A stretch of DNA of 64,000 nucleotides from an uncultured delta proteobacterium (GCA_963823335.1 CAWGLD010000006.1:157595-221594), one strand, 5' to 3'. Positions 20,011 to 30,200 are shown, numbered from the stretch's first letter. The notes: generated from the letters alone by a model not told the origin. Numbers and translations: made by a program.

Positions 20011-20780
20011 CGCTACTGCGCATCGCCAACATCGAAACACTCTATTTCGACAGGATCTATGCGCTGCATGGGCTTTCTCTCGAGATTCAGGAGGGCGAAA
20101 TATTTGCGGTGCTGGGCCCGAATGGTGCCGGCAAAACCACCCTTCTTAAAACCATTGCCGGCCTCCTGAAAGACCAGCCCAAAAAAGGTGTCATCGAATT
20201 CATGGGCAAACGCATTCACCGCCACCCGCCTGAACGTGTGGCCAATCTCGGCATCGTATATGTTCCCGAAGATCGCGGACTTTTCAGGGAATTGACCGTA
20301 CGGGAAAACTTGGATATCGGATGCTGGGGCAGAAAAGGAAAGGAAGTTCAGGAAGACTTGGAGTTTGTCTACACGCTGTTTCCCATATTAAAGGAGAGAG
20401 GCAAGCAGCAGGCAGAAACCCTGTCAGGTGGTCAACAGCAGATGCTGGCAGTTGCAAGGGCCATGCTCCGCCGACCCAAGCTTCTCATGCTGGACGAGCC
20501 ATCCCTGGGACTGGCTCCGCTGGTAGCAAAAGATGTTTATGGAGCACTCGTCAAGATCAGCGAAACCGGGACGACCATTCTCCTTGTAGAACAGAATGCA
20601 AAACTGGCGCTTGGAATTGCCGACTATGGTTATATCATGGAATCCGGACGCATTGTCCTCGAGGGCACTTCCCAGGATCTCAAGGAAAATGAAGATGTTC
20701 AGGAACTCTATTTGGGCATTGGCCAGGAAGATGCCGCATCTAAAGGATTCAGATTGTACAAGAAAAGGAGAACCTGGTAA
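19992..20780 (+). CDS. Liv-type ABC transporter ATP-binding protein (LivF-like)
   Basis: GPNGAGKT, LSGGQQQM, LDEPSLGLAP and VEQN. Confidence 0.92.
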   Translation: MNPTNTPLLRIANIETLYFDRIYALHGLSLEIQEGEIFAVLGPNGAGKTTLLKTIAGLLKDQPKKGVIEFMGKRIHRHPPERVANLGIVYVPEDRGLFRELTVRENLDIGCWGRKGKEVQEDLEFVYTLFPILKERGKQQAETLSGGQQQMLAVARAMLRRPKLLMLDEPSLGLAPLVAKDVYGALVKISETGTTILLVEQNAKLALGIADYGYIMESGRIVLEGTSQDLKENEDVQELYLGIGQEDAASKGFRLYKKRRTW

Positions 20781-22573
20781 TGACCTTTCAGGCTGACCAT
20801 TTTCCAGATCTCTTCTTTCATCAGACCAAGCGCCTGGGGGATAAAGTGGCACTTCGCCACAAAGATTACGGCATCTGGAATCGAATTTCCTGGAAAGAAT
20901 ATGGGAAAAATGTTCGTACGGCTGCCGCCGGATTCCTGGCCGCTGGTATCGACCTGGGCGACCGCATTGCCATTTTGGGCGACAACCGACCGGAATGGCT
21001 CATCTGTCACCTGGGTGCCATGACGGCCGGAGGTGTTACCTGCGGCATCTACCCCACCTCTTCTCCCGAAGAAATTGAATATGTCGTAGAACATTCCGAG
21101 TCCAAAATACTGTTTGTGGAAAATGAAGAGCAGATTGACAAAATACTTCAAATTATCGACCGTCTCAATGTCTCAAAAGTCATCATCTGGGACAAACAGG
21201 GACTCTGGGGGTTCTCACATCCACGGGTGGTTTTTTACGAGGAATTTATGGCCGGCGGCCAAGCATACCTCGATGCCCATCCAATGGGAATTGAAGATAG
21301 ATTGGCTGCCATCCAGCGGGACGATGTTGCCATGATGATCTACACGTCAGGCACCACTGGAAGACCCAAAGGCGCCATGATATCGCATGAGAATATTCTC
21401 TCTTTGACCGAGTCGCTCGTGAGCGTGATCGGAGAAAAAGAAAACGACGAACTTCTCTCATACCTCCCTTTGGCGCATATTTATGAAAACCTGATATCGG
21501 TATTTCAGGCAGTCTGGACCGGGGCCACTGTCAGTTTTGTCGAAAGTATCGATACCCTGTCCATCAACCTGAGAGAGATCTCTCCCACCATCTTCGCAAG
21601 TGTTCCCAGACTGTGGGAAAAATTCGTATCCATGGTCGAAATCAAAATATCGGATTCCACCATCGTGAAAAGGGCATTTTACCGTCTGGCTATCAACGTC
21701 GGCCTGCAACGGATTCGGACACCGGAAGACTCCCCCCGACGAAAGTGGCTGAATATTGCCTACTTGCCCTTGTACTGGACTGTATTGTACCACCTCAAAC
21801 GACAAATCGGACTGGAAAGAATCCGATATTCCATCTGTGGTGCGGCACCAGCCAGCCCTGAGCTGTTTGAGTGGTTTAACGCCATCGGTGTCCCCCTGAG
21901 GGAAGGCTACGGACAAACAGAATCGACAGGTGTTATTGCCATTCAGCGCCTGGATCGCTCACGATCCGGTTATGTGGGTGAAGCCTTGCCCGGGGTTGAG
22001 ATAAAAATTGCCGAAGACGGTGAAATTCTTTCCAGGGGAAAAGGTGTCTTCAAGGGCTATTACAAGCAGCCGGAGCTGACTGCCGAAACCATTCAAAACG
22101 GGTGGCTTCATACGGGAGATGTGGGCAAACTCGAGGACGGTTTTCTTAAAATTCTGGACAGAAAAAAAGATATCATCATCACCCGGGGCGGTAAAAACAT
22201 TACCCCGGCTTTCATCGAAAACAAACTGAAATTCAGTTTTTACATCCAGGACGCCGTTGTCATCGGCGACAACCGCAAATACCTGACGGCCCTTATCCTC
22301 ATCGACGAGGACACTGTCAACAAATATGCCCAGGATCATGCCATACCCTTTACGACGTTTGCCGATCTGACCAAAAATGAGGAAATCAATAAATTGATCG
22401 ACAAAGAGATTGACACTGTCAACAAGACGCTTGCCCGGGTGGAAACCATAAAAAAATTCAAACTTCTGCCCAGACGTTTCTATGCCGAAGACGGGGATGT
22501 CACCCCCACCCAGAAGGTCAAGCGACGGGCATTGGAAAAGACCTATGGAGAACTGATCGAATCAATGTACTAA
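20780..22573 (+). CDS. Long-chain acyl-CoA synthetase embedded in the ABC operon
   Basis: YTSGTTGRPKG, YLPLAH, GYGQTE, HTGD and TPTQKVKR; TAATG overlap with the upstream gene. Confidence 0.92.
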   Translation: MTFQADHFPDLFFHQTKRLGDKVALRHKDYGIWNRISWKEYGKNVRTAAAGFLAAGIDLGDRIAILGDNRPEWLICHLGAMTAGGVTCGIYPTSSPEEIEYVVEHSESKILFVENEEQIDKILQIIDRLNVSKVIIWDKQGLWGFSHPRVVFYEEFMAGGQAYLDAHPMGIEDRLAAIQRDDVAMMIYTSGTTGRPKGAMISHENILSLTESLVSVIGEKENDELLSYLPLAHIYENLISVFQAVWTGATVSFVESIDTLSINLREISPTIFASVPRLWEKFVSMVEIKISDSTIVKRAFYRLAINVGLQRIRTPEDSPRRKWLNIAYLPLYWTVLYHLKRQIGLERIRYSICGAAPASPELFEWFNAIGVPLREGYGQTESTGVIAIQRLDRSRSGYVGEALPGVEIKIAEDGEILSRGKGVFKGYYKQPELTAETIQNGWLHTGDVGKLEDGFLKILDRKKDIIITRGGKNITPAFIENKLKFSFYIQDAVVIGDNRKYLTALILIDEDTVNKYAQDHAIPFTTFADLTKNEEINKLIDKEIDTVNKTLARVETIKKFKLLPRRFYAEDGDVTPTQKVKRRALEKTYGELIESMY

Positions 22574-22711
22574 AGGCTTTTTGTAGATCGGTATCTCCCG
22601 ATCGGTGTTAAAAAAAGGCACTCTCTGTGACCTCTGTGTCTCTGTGGTGGAAAAAAAGAACCCTTTACCGATGCATTCTTAAACCTAAAGCCATTTAATT
22701 AGGATACTACG

Positions 22712-23692
22712 TTGGACTTAGTTGAAAGTTACGCCGAAGAACTGAAGCTCATCCGCAAAACCGGCACCAAAGCCTGGGTGTTTGCAGTGGTAATTGCCAT
22801 ATTTCTTTTGCCCCTCTATGCGCCCGAACACTTGGTATATGTGACCACGATCATCGCCATCTATGCCATCGGCATCATGGGGCAAAATCTCTTGATCGGG
22901 TACACCGGTCAGATCTCTTTTGCCCAGGCCGGGTTTTTCTGTATCGGGGCTTTTGCCTTCGGGCACTTGTATCGTGCCGGCATCCCATGGCCTGTGAGCG
23001 TTCTTGGGGCAGGTCTCATCACCGGACTGGTGGGTATACCCGTCGGGATTCCTTCCTTGCGGCTGAAGGGCCCTTACCTCGCCATCGCCACCATGGGCTT
23101 CGGGATTGCCGTCTACCAGGTCTTTGTCAATTCTCCCCTCCTCTCAGGCGGCCGCATGGGACTCATGATAACCAAGCTTGAACCCATGTTCGGCCTCTCC
23201 AGGGTCAATACCTATTTCTACATCAATCTGATCATCGCGGTTCTTTTCACCCTGATTGCCTACAACATCGTTTCTTCCTACATGGGCCGCGCATTCATCG
23301 CAATCCGTGACAATGACATTGCCGCCGAAGTCCTCGGTGTAAACCTGTTACAGTACAAACTGTTGTCCTTTGCCATCAGTTCCTTTTACGTGGGGGTCCA
23401 GGGCGGTCTCTACGCCCTCTTTCTGGGCTACCTGGAACCGAACATGTTCACCTTCATGGAAACCATCACCTTCCTTGTAGCAGTCATTGTAGGGGGATTG
23501 GCATCCGTGGAAGGCGCCATCATGGGGGCGGCTTTTGTGATACTCGTTCCCCATTTTTTCAGTGATCTGAAAGAATTTATACCGGTCATCTATGGTGTGG
23601 TCATTATCGTCATCCTCATCTTCGAGCCGGGCGGTATCGCCGGCCGCTGGATGAAGATAAGGCTCTATTTCCGTAACTGGCCATTCAGATAG
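22712..23692 (+). CDS. Liv-type ABC permease (LivM-like)
   Basis: GYTGQISF, LRLKGPYLAIAT and GRAFIAIRDN. Confidence 0.9.
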   Translation: MDLVESYAEELKLIRKTGTKAWVFAVVIAIFLLPLYAPEHLVYVTTIIAIYAIGIMGQNLLIGYTGQISFAQAGFFCIGAFAFGHLYRAGIPWPVSVLGAGLITGLVGIPVGIPSLRLKGPYLAIATMGFGIAVYQVFVNSPLLSGGRMGLMITKLEPMFGLSRVNTYFYINLIIAVLFTLIAYNIVSSYMGRAFIAIRDNDIAAEVLGVNLLQYKLLSFAISSFYVGVQGGLYALFLGYLEPNMFTFMETITFLVAVIVGGLASVEGAIMGAAFVILVPHFFSDLKEFIPVIYGVVIIVILIFEPGGIAGRWMKIRLYFRNWPFR

Positions 23693-23825
23693 TTAGATGA
23701 GTTTATTGGGTTCGTTGAGTTCGTTGGGTTGGTTGACAGTTATCGGGCTCCCTAATTTCCTGTCCGCCTGTTTACAGTTAACAACTCAATGAACACAATA
23801 AACACAACAAGCTCAAGAAACAAAG
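23693..23825. repeat. Empty family I element (inverted nonamer arrays)
   Basis: TGAGTTTATTGGGTTCGTTGAGTTCGTTGGGTTGG...AACTCAATGAACACAATAAACACAACAAGCTCAAG; same arrays as flank gene 26261-26650, but no ORF between them. Confidence 0.82.
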
Positions 23826-23834
23826 AAGGTTAAT

Positions 23835-24719
23835 ATGGAACGTATTCTTCAGTATACCGTATCAGGTCTCAGCCAGGGAAGTCTCTACGCCCTGGTAGCC
23901 TTGGGCGTCGTCCTCATCTACCGTTCGAACAGGGTGCTCAACTTTGCTCACGGAGACGTCACGACAGCCGGTACCTTCATCGCACTTTCTTTCATGCTGA
24001 TGAATTTTAACTGGTGGCTGGCCGCCTCCCTGTCCCTAATTATGGGAGCCGTGATATCCATTCTGTTCTATTTTGTTATCCTCCTACCTGCACAACGACG
24101 TGAAGCCACCCCGCTGGGGCAGGTGATCTTGACCCTGGGCTTTGGCCTCATTCTCCAGGGATTGATACTCAAATTCTGTAACACCGCCGAACCCCAGAAC
24201 TTCCCCTTCCCGCTTTCGGACACCAAGGTGTTCATGTTCGGAAATATCATCGTCAGTCATCTCAGCCTTGGGACTCTCGTGGTGGGAATTGTGGGCAGTC
24301 TTCTTTTCTATCTTCTCATCCAAAAAACCCGCATCGGTCTGGCCATGCGAGCCACATCGGAAAACCTGCAGGCAGCCCAGACGCTTGGCATCCCTACCCG
24401 TGGCATCCTGGCCCTTTCCTGGGGGATGGCAGCGTTTATCGGTGTACTGGCGGGACTTTTTTTGGCTGCCCAACTTCTCATCGACCCTTTTTTCATGCTG
24501 GAACCCTTTTTAAAAGGATTTGCTGCTGCCATTCTGGGCGGACTCAACAGTCTGCCCGGTGCCATTGTCGGCGGTTTGACATTAGGTGTGGTCGAAGCAT
24601 TATTTGGCGGGTTCATCTCTGTCGCCTTTAAAAACACCCTGGCATTTCTGATCATCATCATTGTGCTCGTTTTCAGGCCCGAGGGGCTGTTGGGTAAAGA
24701 GTTCATCGAACGTATATAA
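23835..24719 (+). CDS. Liv-type ABC permease (LivH-like)
   Basis: YALVALG, LNFAHG, GLAMRA, FAAAILGG and RPEGL. Confidence 0.92.
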   Translation: MERILQYTVSGLSQGSLYALVALGVVLIYRSNRVLNFAHGDVTTAGTFIALSFMLMNFNWWLAASLSLIMGAVISILFYFVILLPAQRREATPLGQVILTLGFGLILQGLILKFCNTAEPQNFPFPLSDTKVFMFGNIIVSHLSLGTLVVGIVGSLLFYLLIQKTRIGLAMRATSENLQAAQTLGIPTRGILALSWGMAAFIGVLAGLFLAAQLLIDPFFMLEPFLKGFAAAILGGLNSLPGAIVGGLTLGVVEALFGGFISVAFKNTLAFLIIIIVLVFRPEGLLGKEFIERI

Positions 24720-24721
24720 GA

Positions 24722-24763
24722 ATAAATTCGTATTGCGAATTTATCATACGCGACGCTGTCGCT
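24722..24763 (+). repeat. Family C element, copy 3
   Basis: ATAAATTCG-tattg-CGAATTTAT cata CGCGAC-gct-GTCGCT, just after the livH-like stop codon. Confidence 0.82.
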
Positions 24764-24907
24764 CTACGCTTCGCTTGATTTGGGATAAAAACGTTTCTTA
24801 CGTTTAAACCATGATCAGCGATTAATTACGCGCGCAGCGCAAATGTCGCCCGTAGGGCTAATGACATACCGGCAGAGCCACAACTCTTTTTTTATGGAGA
24901 TAATCGT

Positions 24908-26182
24908 ATGACTGACGATCTGCTCAAGAAGGCCAAAAAATATCGCTGGTACATTTTCTGGATCCTCGCTCTTGGATATGTTCTGGTATACTTCCATCGA
25001 CTCTGCCCGGCGGTCGTTGCGGTGGAAATGATGAAGGACCTCAATGCCACCGGCGCTTTGACCGGATTTCTGGGCGCCGCCTATTTCTACCCGTATGCAG
25101 CCATGCAGTTGCCGGCCGGACTCCTGTCGGACTCCTGGGGACCCCGGAACACCATTACCCTCTTTTTCATCATCGCCTTTTTCGGATCCGTCATTCTCGG
25201 TCTGGCACCCTCTGTTTCTATCGCAATCGTGGGACGGACTTTGGTGGGGCTTGGCGTTGCCATGCTTTTTGTGCCCACCATGAAGATCCTGGCAGAGTGG
25301 TTTCATATCAAAGAATTCGCCACCATGACCGGTATTCTCATGGCACTGGGCGGTGTGGGCTCTCTGATAGCCGCAACACCACTGGTTTGGGTCAGCAGCT
25401 GGATAGGTTGGCGACAGTCATTCATTCTGGTGGGTGTCATCACTGTGGTTCTGGCAATTCTCGTGTACTTGATTGTTCGGGATCGACCCGCAATAATGGG
25501 CTGGCCTTCCCCGGCCGGGACACCCCAGGCACCACCAAAACCCATTGCCCTCATGGCGGGTGTCAAGAAAGTGCTCACTACCCCATTTTTCTGGCCCGTG
25601 GCGATTTGGTTTTTCTTTGACTGTGCTATTTTTTTCTCATTCGGTGGTCTTTGGGGCGGCCCTTATCTCATGCAGGTCTATGGCTACAGCAAAGCCCAGT
25701 CCGGACATATTCTCTCCATGCTGGCCATCGGCATGATCGTCGGCAGTCCTCTGCTGAGCTATTTTTCGAACACAGTGCTCAGATCCAGAAAAATTGCCGT
25801 TATGATTTCGAGTGTGATGGTTCTCTGTCTGGTTTTCCCGCTTGCTTTTTTTACGGCAGAAATTCCCCTCATGGGGCATTACATCATCTGTCTGGGGCTG
25901 GGAATGTTTTCCAGCGCCATCGTGGTTATCGGTTTCACCACCAACAAGGAACTCTTTCCGGTTCAAATGGCCGGAACTGCCACCGGCATGATCAATCTGT
26001 TCCCTTTTTCAGGTGGTGCTGTGTTTCAACCGGTTCTGGGTTATGTGTTGGAAAAACAAGGCCGCATAGAGGGCGCATTTACTCTGGGTGGCTATCAGCA
26101 GGCGTTTCTGGTTCTGTTTGCCTGCAGTGTCATTGCCTTGATCGCCAGTTTTTTCTTCAAGGAAACACTTCAAAAAGGCTGA
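24908..26182 (+). CDS. MFS transporter
   Basis: About 12 hydrophobic segments; GLLSDSWGPR motif A; GRTLVGLG. Confidence 0.92.
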   Translation: MTDDLLKKAKKYRWYIFWILALGYVLVYFHRLCPAVVAVEMMKDLNATGALTGFLGAAYFYPYAAMQLPAGLLSDSWGPRNTITLFFIIAFFGSVILGLAPSVSIAIVGRTLVGLGVAMLFVPTMKILAEWFHIKEFATMTGILMALGGVGSLIAATPLVWVSSWIGWRQSFILVGVITVVLAILVYLIVRDRPAIMGWPSPAGTPQAPPKPIALMAGVKKVLTTPFFWPVAIWFFFDCAIFFSFGGLWGGPYLMQVYGYSKAQSGHILSMLAIGMIVGSPLLSYFSNTVLRSRKIAVMISSVMVLCLVFPLAFFTAEIPLMGHYIICLGLGMFSSAIVVIGFTTNKELFPVQMAGTATGMINLFPFSGGAVFQPVLGYVLEKQGRIEGAFTLGGYQQAFLVLFACSVIALIASFFFKETLQKG

Positions 26183-26190
26183 AAGCCTTT

Positions 26191-26730
26191 TTGGGTTATT
26201 GAGTTTGTTGGGTTTATTGAGTTCGTTGGGTTCGTTGCGTTTATTATTTGGGTGCAGTAAATGCCGATTAGAAGGTTTGAAGATATTGATGCATGGAAAG
26301 AGGCCAGAAAACTTGTTATTTTGGTCTATCAGGCGATTGATTCCAATGATTTTTTCAGAAAAGATTACAGACTTGTCAATCAAATTCAAGGTGCGGCAGT
26401 TTCTGCAATGTCAAATATTGCAGAGGGTTTTTCAAGAAGAAGCAACAAAGAATTCATCCAGTTTCTTTTTATTTCGAAAAGTTCAGCTGCAGAGGTTCAA
26501 AGTCAACTATACGTCGCCCTCGACCAGAAATATATCGACAATGAAACATTTAATAAACTTTATTCACAAGCCGAAACAGTTTCAAGACTTACTTCCGGCT
26601 TCATCAAATACCTAAGATCTCAACTCAACAAACCAAGGCAACCAGGTTAACTCAATGGCACTCCCATATGCCCCAGAGCATTCAACAACTCGACGAACTC
26701 AATAAACCCAACGAACCCAACGAACACGAC
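26191..26730. mobile_element. Family I element carrying a four-helix-bundle gene
   Basis: Upstream TTGGGTTATTGAGTTTGTTGGGTTTATTGAGTTCGTTGGGTTCGTTGCG and downstream AACTCAAC...AACTCGACGAACTCAATAAACCCAACGAACCCAACG form inverted arrays around the gene. Confidence 0.75.
26261..26650 (+). CDS. Four helix bundle protein (TIGR02436 / 23S-IVP / Avd-like family)
   Basis: FEDIDAWKEA, QIQGAAVSAMSNIAEGF, EFIQFLFISKSSAAEVQSQL. Confidence 0.93.
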   Translation: MPIRRFEDIDAWKEARKLVILVYQAIDSNDFFRKDYRLVNQIQGAAVSAMSNIAEGFSRRSNKEFIQFLFISKSSAAEVQSQLYVALDQKYIDNETFNKLYSQAETVSRLTSGFIKYLRSQLNKPRQPG

Positions 26731-26804
26731 AATCCTCTCTTGAAAATCATTCAAAACAGTTTATAGTTAGAATATCATTATCCAATTTAATTTGGGGGTA
26801 TCGT

Positions 26805-27254
26805 ATGAAACTCAAACAAATCACCATTTCAATTGAAAATGAGCCCGGTCGACTACTGGAAGTAACGGAGGCCCTGGGCAATGCCGGGATCAACCTCCGG
26901 GCACTCAATCTGGTGGACACCGGCGCCTTTGGTCAGCTGCGATTGCTTGTCTCCGATGTCAGAAAAACCCGTCACATCCTGATGGGTTTGCAAGCGGCAG
27001 CTCATGTCGAAGAAGTCGTTGCAGCAGAAATCGAAGACAAATCCGGCAGTTTGGCGGCCATCTTAAAACCACTCAAGGCTGCAAACATCAATGTTGTTTT
27101 CATGTACGCCTTTATTGGCTTGTCATCCGACAAGGCCGTCATGATCTTCAAATTCAGCGACAACGACAGGGCAATAGAACTCCTTCAAAGCATTCATGTC
27201 CGTATACTGGATGCCAAAGCCTTTGGCATCCTGGAGTCGGGGAACAACCATTAG
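26805..27254 (+). CDS. ACT domain-containing protein (two ACT repeats)
   Basis: QITISIENEPGRL..GINLRAL and EIEDKSGSL..INVVFMYAF. Confidence 0.88.
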   Translation: MKLKQITISIENEPGRLLEVTEALGNAGINLRALNLVDTGAFGQLRLLVSDVRKTRHILMGLQAAAHVEEVVAAEIEDKSGSLAAILKPLKAANINVVFMYAFIGLSSDKAVMIFKFSDNDRAIELLQSIHVRILDAKAFGILESGNNH

Positions 27255-27351
27255 GCTGTTAGGCTGTAGACTATGAGGGTTTGAGGGTAGCGTTCATTAA
27301 TCAGATCGCTTTTTCGTAAAGCGCTAAATTGTTTTGACGTTGAGAAACGAG

Positions 27352-27666
27352 TGAACATCGAACGTCCAACATCGAACATCGAATTTTGAACCGCAACAGC
27401 GTGCGCATTCCCGTAGGTTCTGCCGCACGGCAGAACATTCCTCGTAGCTTGCTGCGAGGTTCTTCAATTTAAAAAGAAGAAGAAACAGGCAAATCGTTGA
27501 AGGGCTTCCAAATATCAGAGCAAGTAAACATGTTGTGGCCAATTGTTAAGATTGAAAGCGTTGCCATACCCAAGGCATCAAACAAATTGAAAAGAAACAG
27601 ATATAATTCGATATTGATATTTGTTTTCATTCGATGTTGGACGTTGGACGTTCGATGTTCGACGTT
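27352..27666. repeat. Family B element, copy 2 (contains a family K hairpin)
   Basis: Left GAACATCGAACGTCCAACATCGAACATCGAA; right TTCGATGTTGGACGTTGGACGTTCGATGTTCGACGTT. Confidence 0.85.
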
Positions 27667-27696
27667 ATTCTTTTAAATAGTAACTCGGTAAATAAA

Positions 27697-30021
27697 ATGA
27701 ACAAACAACCATCTAGTGACTCCCACGGCCTGGAGGATGCCGGAAGCTTAGAAGCCTGTGACATACCTCAGGACCGCTATCGTGTTTTCATTCAGGACGT
27801 TGCCGATGCATTTTTTGAAACAAACATTCAGGGAGATTTTATATTCTTCAACGACGCGCTGTGCCGTATATTCGGATATTCCAGAGAGGAGATCGAACAT
27901 CAGAATTTCAGGCTTTTTATGGACGGTGCCACTGCTGAATATGCCTTTGACAGCTTCAACAAGATGTTCGAAACGGGAAAAGGTGTCAACAACATCCTAT
28001 GGGAAATATCCAGAAAAGATGGTGGAACCCGAATACTCGAAATAAATGCCAACCTCTTAGAAGATACAAACGGTGTCAAGGTAGGATTTCAGGGTATCGC
28101 CAGGGATGTTACCGACAAGATCAAAGCCGAGCAGGCATTGAAAGCATCGGACAAGCAAATCCAGGAGCAGTATCTGGCCAGCCGCATGGCAGAGCAGCGC
28201 TATCGCTCATTTATGGAATTCATGCCGGTTCCGGTGTTTGTCTTCAATATGGATGGCACCGTCTCTTATCTTAACCCGGCATTTGAAAAAACATTTGGAT
28301 GGACACTGGGCGAGCTCGAGGGCCGACATATCTCTTTTGTACCGGAGGATCAGAAGGCAAAAACCCGTCAGGGTATTCAGCAGCTCTTTGAAAAGAAAAG
28401 AATAACGGGCTTCAAAACCCAGCGTCTTACCAAGGACGGAAAAATTCTCGATATTGTTTTGGATGGCGCTATTTTTTATGACGAGAACAACCAGCCCGCC
28501 GGTCAGGTAGTCACACTCCAGGACGTCACACAGGAAAACCGCGGCGCCCGCATCAACCAGGCCCTCTTCAGGATCGCCCAGGCACTCTATCAATTCAGGG
28601 GACTGGACGAACGGCTGGAATTTATTGCCAAGGAAGTCAAGGAGCTCATCGACGGCAGCGGCGCCATGGTCATTCTGGTGGATCATAAAACAAACGAATT
28701 CTTTTTTCGCGAAGCCGCTTTTGAAAGCGAAATCACCGGCCAGAAAATAAAAGAACTTCGCTTTCCCCTGGACAAGGGTGTCGCCGGAGAAGTCTATCGT
28801 ACCGGCAAACCCATGATCGTCAACGACACCTCTAAAAACCCTCATATCTTCAGAAAAGTAGATGACCAGGCCGGGATGCAGACCCACAGCATGCTGGATG
28901 TCCCCATCCATATCGAAAACCGGATGATCGGGGTTTTGTGCATTGTCAACAAGCGCAGCGGCCCCTTTGACCAGGCAGACACCGACCTGGTGAGTACCAT
29001 CGCCAACATGGTGGCACTTCCCATCGAAAATGCCCGTATCAACGAAGCCCTCCGAAAGTCCTATGAAAATGTCACAAACCTGAACAGGGCCAAAGACCGG
29101 GTGATTCACCATCTGTCCCACGAACTCAAAACACCCGTGTCTGTTTTATCAGCCTCATTGAATCTTTTAAAGAAACGATATCAGGGGCCCGACGCAGCAG
29201 GTCTTTCGAAAATCCTGGATCGTGCCGAACGGAATCTCGATCGGATCCTGGACATGCAGTATGAAATCGAAGATATCATGGATCGACGTGACTATCGGAG
29301 TCATCGTATGCTCTCTTCCCTGCTGGATGTCTGTCAAGACGAACTCGAGGTCATGGTTGCCGATGAAACTGGTTCGGAACGATTTACAGATCGTTTGCGG
29401 CATCGTATCGACAGCCTTTTTGGTCCACGCAATATCATATCTGAGGAAATCAAACCCGCTTCTCTTTTATCGAATCTTTTTGAATCGTTGCGCCCTCGTT
29501 TCGCACATCGTTCTTTTGACATCGAAACACGCTTTGATCCTACCGAAGCGATATTGATTCCCCCGGAAGTCCTGACTAAAATTGCGGAAGGGCTTATTCG
29601 TAATGCCATTGAAAACACACCGGATGGCGGGCGCATTGTCATATCGTTGACCCAGGGATCCAAGGGGCCTGAGTTGGTTGTCCAGGATTTTGGCGTGGGG
29701 ATATCGGAAGAGAACCAGCGCTTGATTTTCGAAAACTATTTCACGGCATATGAGACAGCCCAATACGCATCACGCAAACAATATGACTTCAACGCCGGCG
29801 GCAAGGGGTTCGATCTTATTCGGATACGAATATTTTCCGAAAGATACCACTTTAAATTGAAGATGACATCCAAACGATGCCCTCATCTTACAAACGATAA
29901 GGATTCAGGCCCCGGCAGCATCGCTGCTTGTGAGCATTGCAGAAAAGATGCAGATTGTTTATCATCCGGAACCACCATGACAGTACTGTTTTTACCGGCT
30001 AAGACGGTAGCGGTTCAATGA
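27697..30021 (+). CDS. Cytoplasmic PAS-PAS-GAF sensor histidine kinase
   Basis: Two PAS domains, a GAF domain (KGVAGEV, MLDVPI), H-box HHLSHELKTP, RNAIENT and DFGVGI. Start set at ATG 27697 because the upstream extension translates a family B repeat. Confidence 0.9.
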   Translation: MNKQPSSDSHGLEDAGSLEACDIPQDRYRVFIQDVADAFFETNIQGDFIFFNDALCRIFGYSREEIEHQNFRLFMDGATAEYAFDSFNKMFETGKGVNNILWEISRKDGGTRILEINANLLEDTNGVKVGFQGIARDVTDKIKAEQALKASDKQIQEQYLASRMAEQRYRSFMEFMPVPVFVFNMDGTVSYLNPAFEKTFGWTLGELEGRHISFVPEDQKAKTRQGIQQLFEKKRITGFKTQRLTKDGKILDIVLDGAIFYDENNQPAGQVVTLQDVTQENRGARINQALFRIAQALYQFRGLDERLEFIAKEVKELIDGSGAMVILVDHKTNEFFFREAAFESEITGQKIKELRFPLDKGVAGEVYRTGKPMIVNDTSKNPHIFRKVDDQAGMQTHSMLDVPIHIENRMIGVLCIVNKRSGPFDQADTDLVSTIANMVALPIENARINEALRKSYENVTNLNRAKDRVIHHLSHELKTPVSVLSASLNLLKKRYQGPDAAGLSKILDRAERNLDRILDMQYEIEDIMDRRDYRSHRMLSSLLDVCQDELEVMVADETGSERFTDRLRHRIDSLFGPRNIISEEIKPASLLSNLFESLRPRFAHRSFDIETRFDPTEAILIPPEVLTKIAEGLIRNAIENTPDGGRIVISLTQGSKGPELVVQDFGVGISEENQRLIFENYFTAYETAQYASRKQYDFNAGGKGFDLIRIRIFSERYHFKLKMTSKRCPHLTNDKDSGPGSIAACEHCRKDADCLSSGTTMTVLFLPAKTVAVQ

Positions 30022-30105
30022 TAAATATCATTAACAGAATGTGTTTGGAGCAAATAAAAAAGCATTCGGACTTGTTTAAATTCTTATTATTGATGTAATA
30101 CACAT

Positions 30106-30191
30106 TGGAATGCTGAACGACCGGAATATTGGAATGATGGAAGGTTGGAATAGCGTTACACACTTAGACCAACCCAACATTCCATTATTCC
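30106..30191. repeat. GGAATATT/GGAATGAT octamer element (family N)
   Basis: TGGAATGCT..GGAATATTGGAATGATGGAAGGTTGGAATAG with the inverted CCAACATTCCATTATTCC. Confidence 0.7.
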
Positions 30192-30200
30192 TTTCAAGTA

